DNA of 64,000 bases, taken from positions 8,774 to 72,773 of the forward strand of contig MNEL01000018.1 of NCBI GenBank assembly GCA_001917665.1, given 5' to 3'. Of the stretch, positions 61,439 to 64,000 are shown in pieces (position 1 is the first letter of the stretch; every line of letters begins with the position of its first letter). The notes beneath the pieces are model-generated. The model saw nothing but the letters and a program-made list of their open reading frames with translations, made no database searches and was not told the DNA's origin. Position numbers and translations under genes: made by a program. The stretch comes from Gemmatimonadetes bacterium 13_1_40CM_69_22 (GTDB taxonomy: Bacteria; Gemmatimonadota; Gemmatimonadetes; Gemmatimonadales; GWC2-71-9).

Positions 61439-62139
61439 CGCCGGCCGGCGGTTCTCAACACCACGCAACACGACTGCGGCTGCGGGTCCAGCACGGCCCG
61501 CATACCGCGCGCCTCCACGCCCTGGAGCACGCCCTCGAGTAACGCGAGGTTCATCCCGCACACGAGCGCCCGGGATTCGTTCGCGAGGGCCGCGAACGGG
61601 CAGTTGGCGAGATGCACGGAGCCGTTGCTCCGCACCGGCTCGAAGCCACACCACTCCAGCACGGTGAGCAAGCGAGCCAGCCGGTCGCGCGACGTTCCGG
61701 CGCCGCGCCGCCCCCGGCGCGCGCCCGCTCCCAGGCCGCGGCCCAAGTCGCGGGCAGCGCGCCGCAGCGCCCGCACGGCGGTGGGTGATCGCGCCTCGGT
61801 AAGCGCCTGCGCCAGCATCCGCCCGGCCAGCTCGTAGCGGCGCTGTGGGAGCGTGAGGTCGAGCTGGTGTGCGGACCGGCGGTACAGCTTGGCGGGCCGG
61901 CCGGCGCCCGGCCCGCGCCGTCCGGTCAGGCGGCGGTAGGACGTCTCAAGCAGGCCCTGCCGGACCAGCTTGTCGAGATGGAAAGCGGCGAGGGCGCGCG
62001 AGATGCGCAGGGCCCGCGCCGCTTCGTCCCGGCCCACGTCGCGACGCCTGCGGGCGACGTAAAGATAAAGACCCCTCCGGACCGGTTCATGCAGCGACGC
62101 GATGGCGGCGATCTGGCGCTCGAGCTCGGATCGGTGCAC
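61411..62139 (-). CDS. ArsR-like helix-turn-helix transcriptional regulator with Cys-containing C-terminal domain
   Basis: wHTH VGRDEAARALRISRALAAFHLDKLVRQGLL and C-terminal LANCPFAALANESRALVCGMNLALLEGV. Confidence 0.7.
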   Translation of the reverse strand: MHRSELERQIAAIASLHEPVRRGLYLYVARRRRDVGRDEAARALRISRALAAFHLDKLVRQGLLETSYRRLTGRRGPGAGRPAKLYRRSAHQLDLTLPQRRYELAGRMLAQALTEARSPTAVRALRRAARDLGRGLGAGARRGRRGAGTSRDRLARLLTVLEWCGFEPVRSNGSVHLANCPFAALANESRALVCGMNLALLEGVLQGVEARGMRAVLDPQPQSCCVVLRTAGRRYSPSVSGR

Positions 62140-62211
62140 GGCTGAAATCTACTAATCTGTTGCTTGTAATCACAGCGTATATTGCCGTTAGACCGGGCGC
62201 CGGTGCTGGGA

Positions 62212-63390
62212 ATGCGGAACTACACGTATGTCATCGTCGGTGGCGGGATGACGGCGGATGCCGCGGCGGAGGGCATCCGGGCCGCCGATCCCGGCGGCAC
62301 GCTCGGCGTGATCAGCGCCGAGCCGCATCCGCCGTACAACCGCCCACCGCTCTCGAAGGGCCTGTGGAAGGGAGAGCCGGAGGACCGTATCTGGCGCAAG
62401 GCGGCGCAGGCCGGCGGCGAGCTGCACCTGGGACGCCGCGCGGTGGGGATCGATCTCCGGGCGCGCACCGTCACCGACGACCGGGGCGCCGCGTACGGTT
62501 TCAAGAAGCTGCTCCTCGCCACCGGGGGCGCGCCGCGGCGCCTGCCGCTCCAGTCGGACCAGGCGATCTACTTCCGCACCCTCGACGACTACCGCCGCCT
62601 GCGCGGGCTCGCTGAGCAGCGCCTGCGCTTCGCGGTGATCGGGGGCGGCTTCATCGGGAGCGAAGTCGCGGCTGCGCTCCGGATGCAGGACCGGGACGTG
62701 ACGATGCTCGTGCCCGAGGCGGGGCTCGGCGCGCGCGTCTTCCCCGCCGACCTCTCGCGTTTCCTCGGCGACTACTACCGGGCGAAGGGCGTCGAGCTGC
62801 GCACGGGCGAGGGGATGGCGGGTCTCGGCACGCGGGGCGGGAAGTGCGTCGTGCGCACCACGACGCAACAGGAGCTCGTCGCGGACGTGATCGTGGCAGG
62901 CCTCGGCATCCAGCCCAGCGTCGAGCTGGCGGAGCAGGCCGGGCTGCTGGTGGAGAATGGCATCGTCGTCGACGAGTTCTGCCGCACCAGTCATCCGGAC
63001 GTCTATGCCGCGGGCGACGTGGCGAACTTCCACGCCGCTGCGCTCGGCTCCCGCATCCGCGTGGAGCACGAAGACAACGCCAACACCATGGGGAAGATCG
63101 CCGGGCAGAACATGGCGGGGCGCGCGGCGCCCTACGCGCACCTCCCCTTCTTCTACTCGGATCTGTTCGACCTCGGCTATGAGGCGGTCGGAGACCTGGA
63201 CTCGCGGCTGGAAACTGTGGCGGTCTGGAAGACGCCGTTTCGGGAGGGTGTGGTCTACTACCTCAAGGGCGGGCGGGTGCGCGGCGTCCTGCTGTGGAAC
63301 ACCTGGGGGCAGGTGGAGCACGCGCGGGCGCTGATCGCGGAGTCCGGGCCGTTCACGGCCGAGGGCGTGAGGGGGCGGTTGCCGGCGTAG
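62212..63390 (+). CDS. FAD/NAD(P)-dependent oxidoreductase (ferredoxin-reductase/AIF-like)
   Basis: ORF 62182..63390 trimmed to MRNYTYVIVGGGMTADAAA. Second Rossmann motif FAVIGGGFIGSEVAA, plus YAAGDVA. Confidence 0.85.
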   Translation: MRNYTYVIVGGGMTADAAAEGIRAADPGGTLGVISAEPHPPYNRPPLSKGLWKGEPEDRIWRKAAQAGGELHLGRRAVGIDLRARTVTDDRGAAYGFKKLLLATGGAPRRLPLQSDQAIYFRTLDDYRRLRGLAEQRLRFAVIGGGFIGSEVAAALRMQDRDVTMLVPEAGLGARVFPADLSRFLGDYYRAKGVELRTGEGMAGLGTRGGKCVVRTTTQQELVADVIVAGLGIQPSVELAEQAGLLVENGIVVDEFCRTSHPDVYAAGDVANFHAAALGSRIRVEHEDNANTMGKIAGQNMAGRAAPYAHLPFFYSDLFDLGYEAVGDLDSRLETVAVWKTPFREGVVYYLKGGRVRGVLLWNTWGQVEHARALIAESGPFTAEGVRGRLPA

Positions 63391-63402
63391 AGTCGCCGTT
63401 CT

Positions 63403-64000
63403 TCAGAACCGGTACCCCGCAGCGACGTTCAGGTGGTTTGCGGCAAAGTCCCCGCTCGGGTAGGTCGTCTTCAACCGCCGGAACTCGAGTGCGAAGAGCA
63501 GCGGCCCCCTAGGCCGGACTTCGACGTGCCCCTCGCACACGAAGTTCTTGAGGCGTCCCTGGGGGTTCCCGAACGTGTCCTCGAGATCCCGGTCGTCGGG
63601 GTCGTCGATCCCACAGCCGCCGCCGAACATGACCTCGGGCCGCAGGCGGATGTTGAGCTGGCCCCAGCCACCCTTGGTGCGAACCGGCACGCCCTGCGGG
63701 GGAGGCCCGAGGTTCTGCCCGATGCCGCCGCCGCCCAAGCCCGCCAGCGCCTTCCCGACGAAGCCCTCGCCGATGAGCTCGGCGACGCCGAGCCGGACGC
63801 GCGTGTCGACAGTGACGGCCTGCGACTGGAACAGGCTGTCGCCCGAGGCGAGCCAGCCCTGGTGGCCGCCGATCGCGATTTCGCTCGGGTCGTCGGTCGG
63901 GCCCCAGCCGAGCCGCACGCGGCTCTGCAGGTAGGGACGGCGGCTACGCTCGGCGGAGTCGGGCTGGGTGGCGAACAGTCCCTGCGCGGTGCCCGCGGTC
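63403..64000 (-). CDS. outer-membrane porin-like protein, 5' end outside the window
   Basis: C-terminal ..NHLNVAAGYRF (terminal Phe). The frame stays open to position 64000 with no stop. Confidence 0.5.
   Translation of the reverse strand, partial: TAGTAQGLFATQPDSAERSRRPYLQSRVRLGWGPTDDPSEIAIGGHQGWLASGDSLFQSQAVTVDTRVRLGVAELIGEGFVGKALAGLGGGGIGQNLGPPPQGVPVRTKGGWGQLNIRLRPEVMFGGGCGIDDPDDRDLEDTFGNPQGRLKNFVCEGHVEVRPRGPLLFALEFRRLKTTYPSGDFAANHLNVAAGYRF

Noticed and set aside
62140-62211. Sigma-70 promoter in the AT-rich ArsR-like/oxidoreductase intergenic region (TTGCTT ... TATATT)
   Set aside because: The spacing between the best -35-like and -10-like hexamers is only about 12 nt, and no convincing dyad is present. 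Too weak to report as a feature.
1-64000. rRNA, tRNA, transposase, integrase, prophage or toxin-antitoxin content
   Set aside because: No intergenic gap exceeds about 320 nt. None shows tRNA-like cloverleaf arms, and no ORF shows DDE, tyrosine- or serine-recombinase, or phage structural motifs.

Overview
High-GC (about 70% by eye) bacterial chromosomal segment with roughly 60 densely packed genes, many joined by 4-nt ATGA/GTGA stop-start overlaps. The protein repertoire suggests a Gemmatimonadota-like organism, but this is inference only: many secreted peptidases (M19, two M16, S9, M1, M55), MacB-type permeases, a CarboxypepD_reg TonB-dependent receptor, and signal peptides ending in AQ. Recognisable genes include leuS, fabH, uppS, a citrate synthase, an MCP, an ECF sigma/anti-sigma/PDZ module, a PAS hybrid histidine kinase, a three-subunit xanthine-oxidase-family molybdoenzyme, a MacA/MacB-like efflux module, a processive GT2 synthase operon, a nitrilase and several regulators (PadR, ArsR-like, wHTH). 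I saw no rRNA, tRNA, CRISPR array, transposase, integrase or phage genes. The most unusual observations are: (1) short 7-8 nt tandem units arranged as long inverted arrays at gene boundaries, one of them translated in frame inside the 5' end of an M16 peptidase gene. (2) A translationally coupled Hpt-REC / HEAT-repeat / processive glycosyltransferase operon. (3) A heme-oxygenase-like di-iron protein coupled by an ATGA overlap to a PAS-PAS hybrid kinase. (4) A 4-hydroxybenzoyl-CoA-reductase-type molybdoenzyme whose FAD subunit carries a four-Cys insertion. (5) Several frame-disrupted genes and a decayed stretch of about 0.75 kb with no intact ORF. All function calls rest on motif recognition by eye, and no database search was run.
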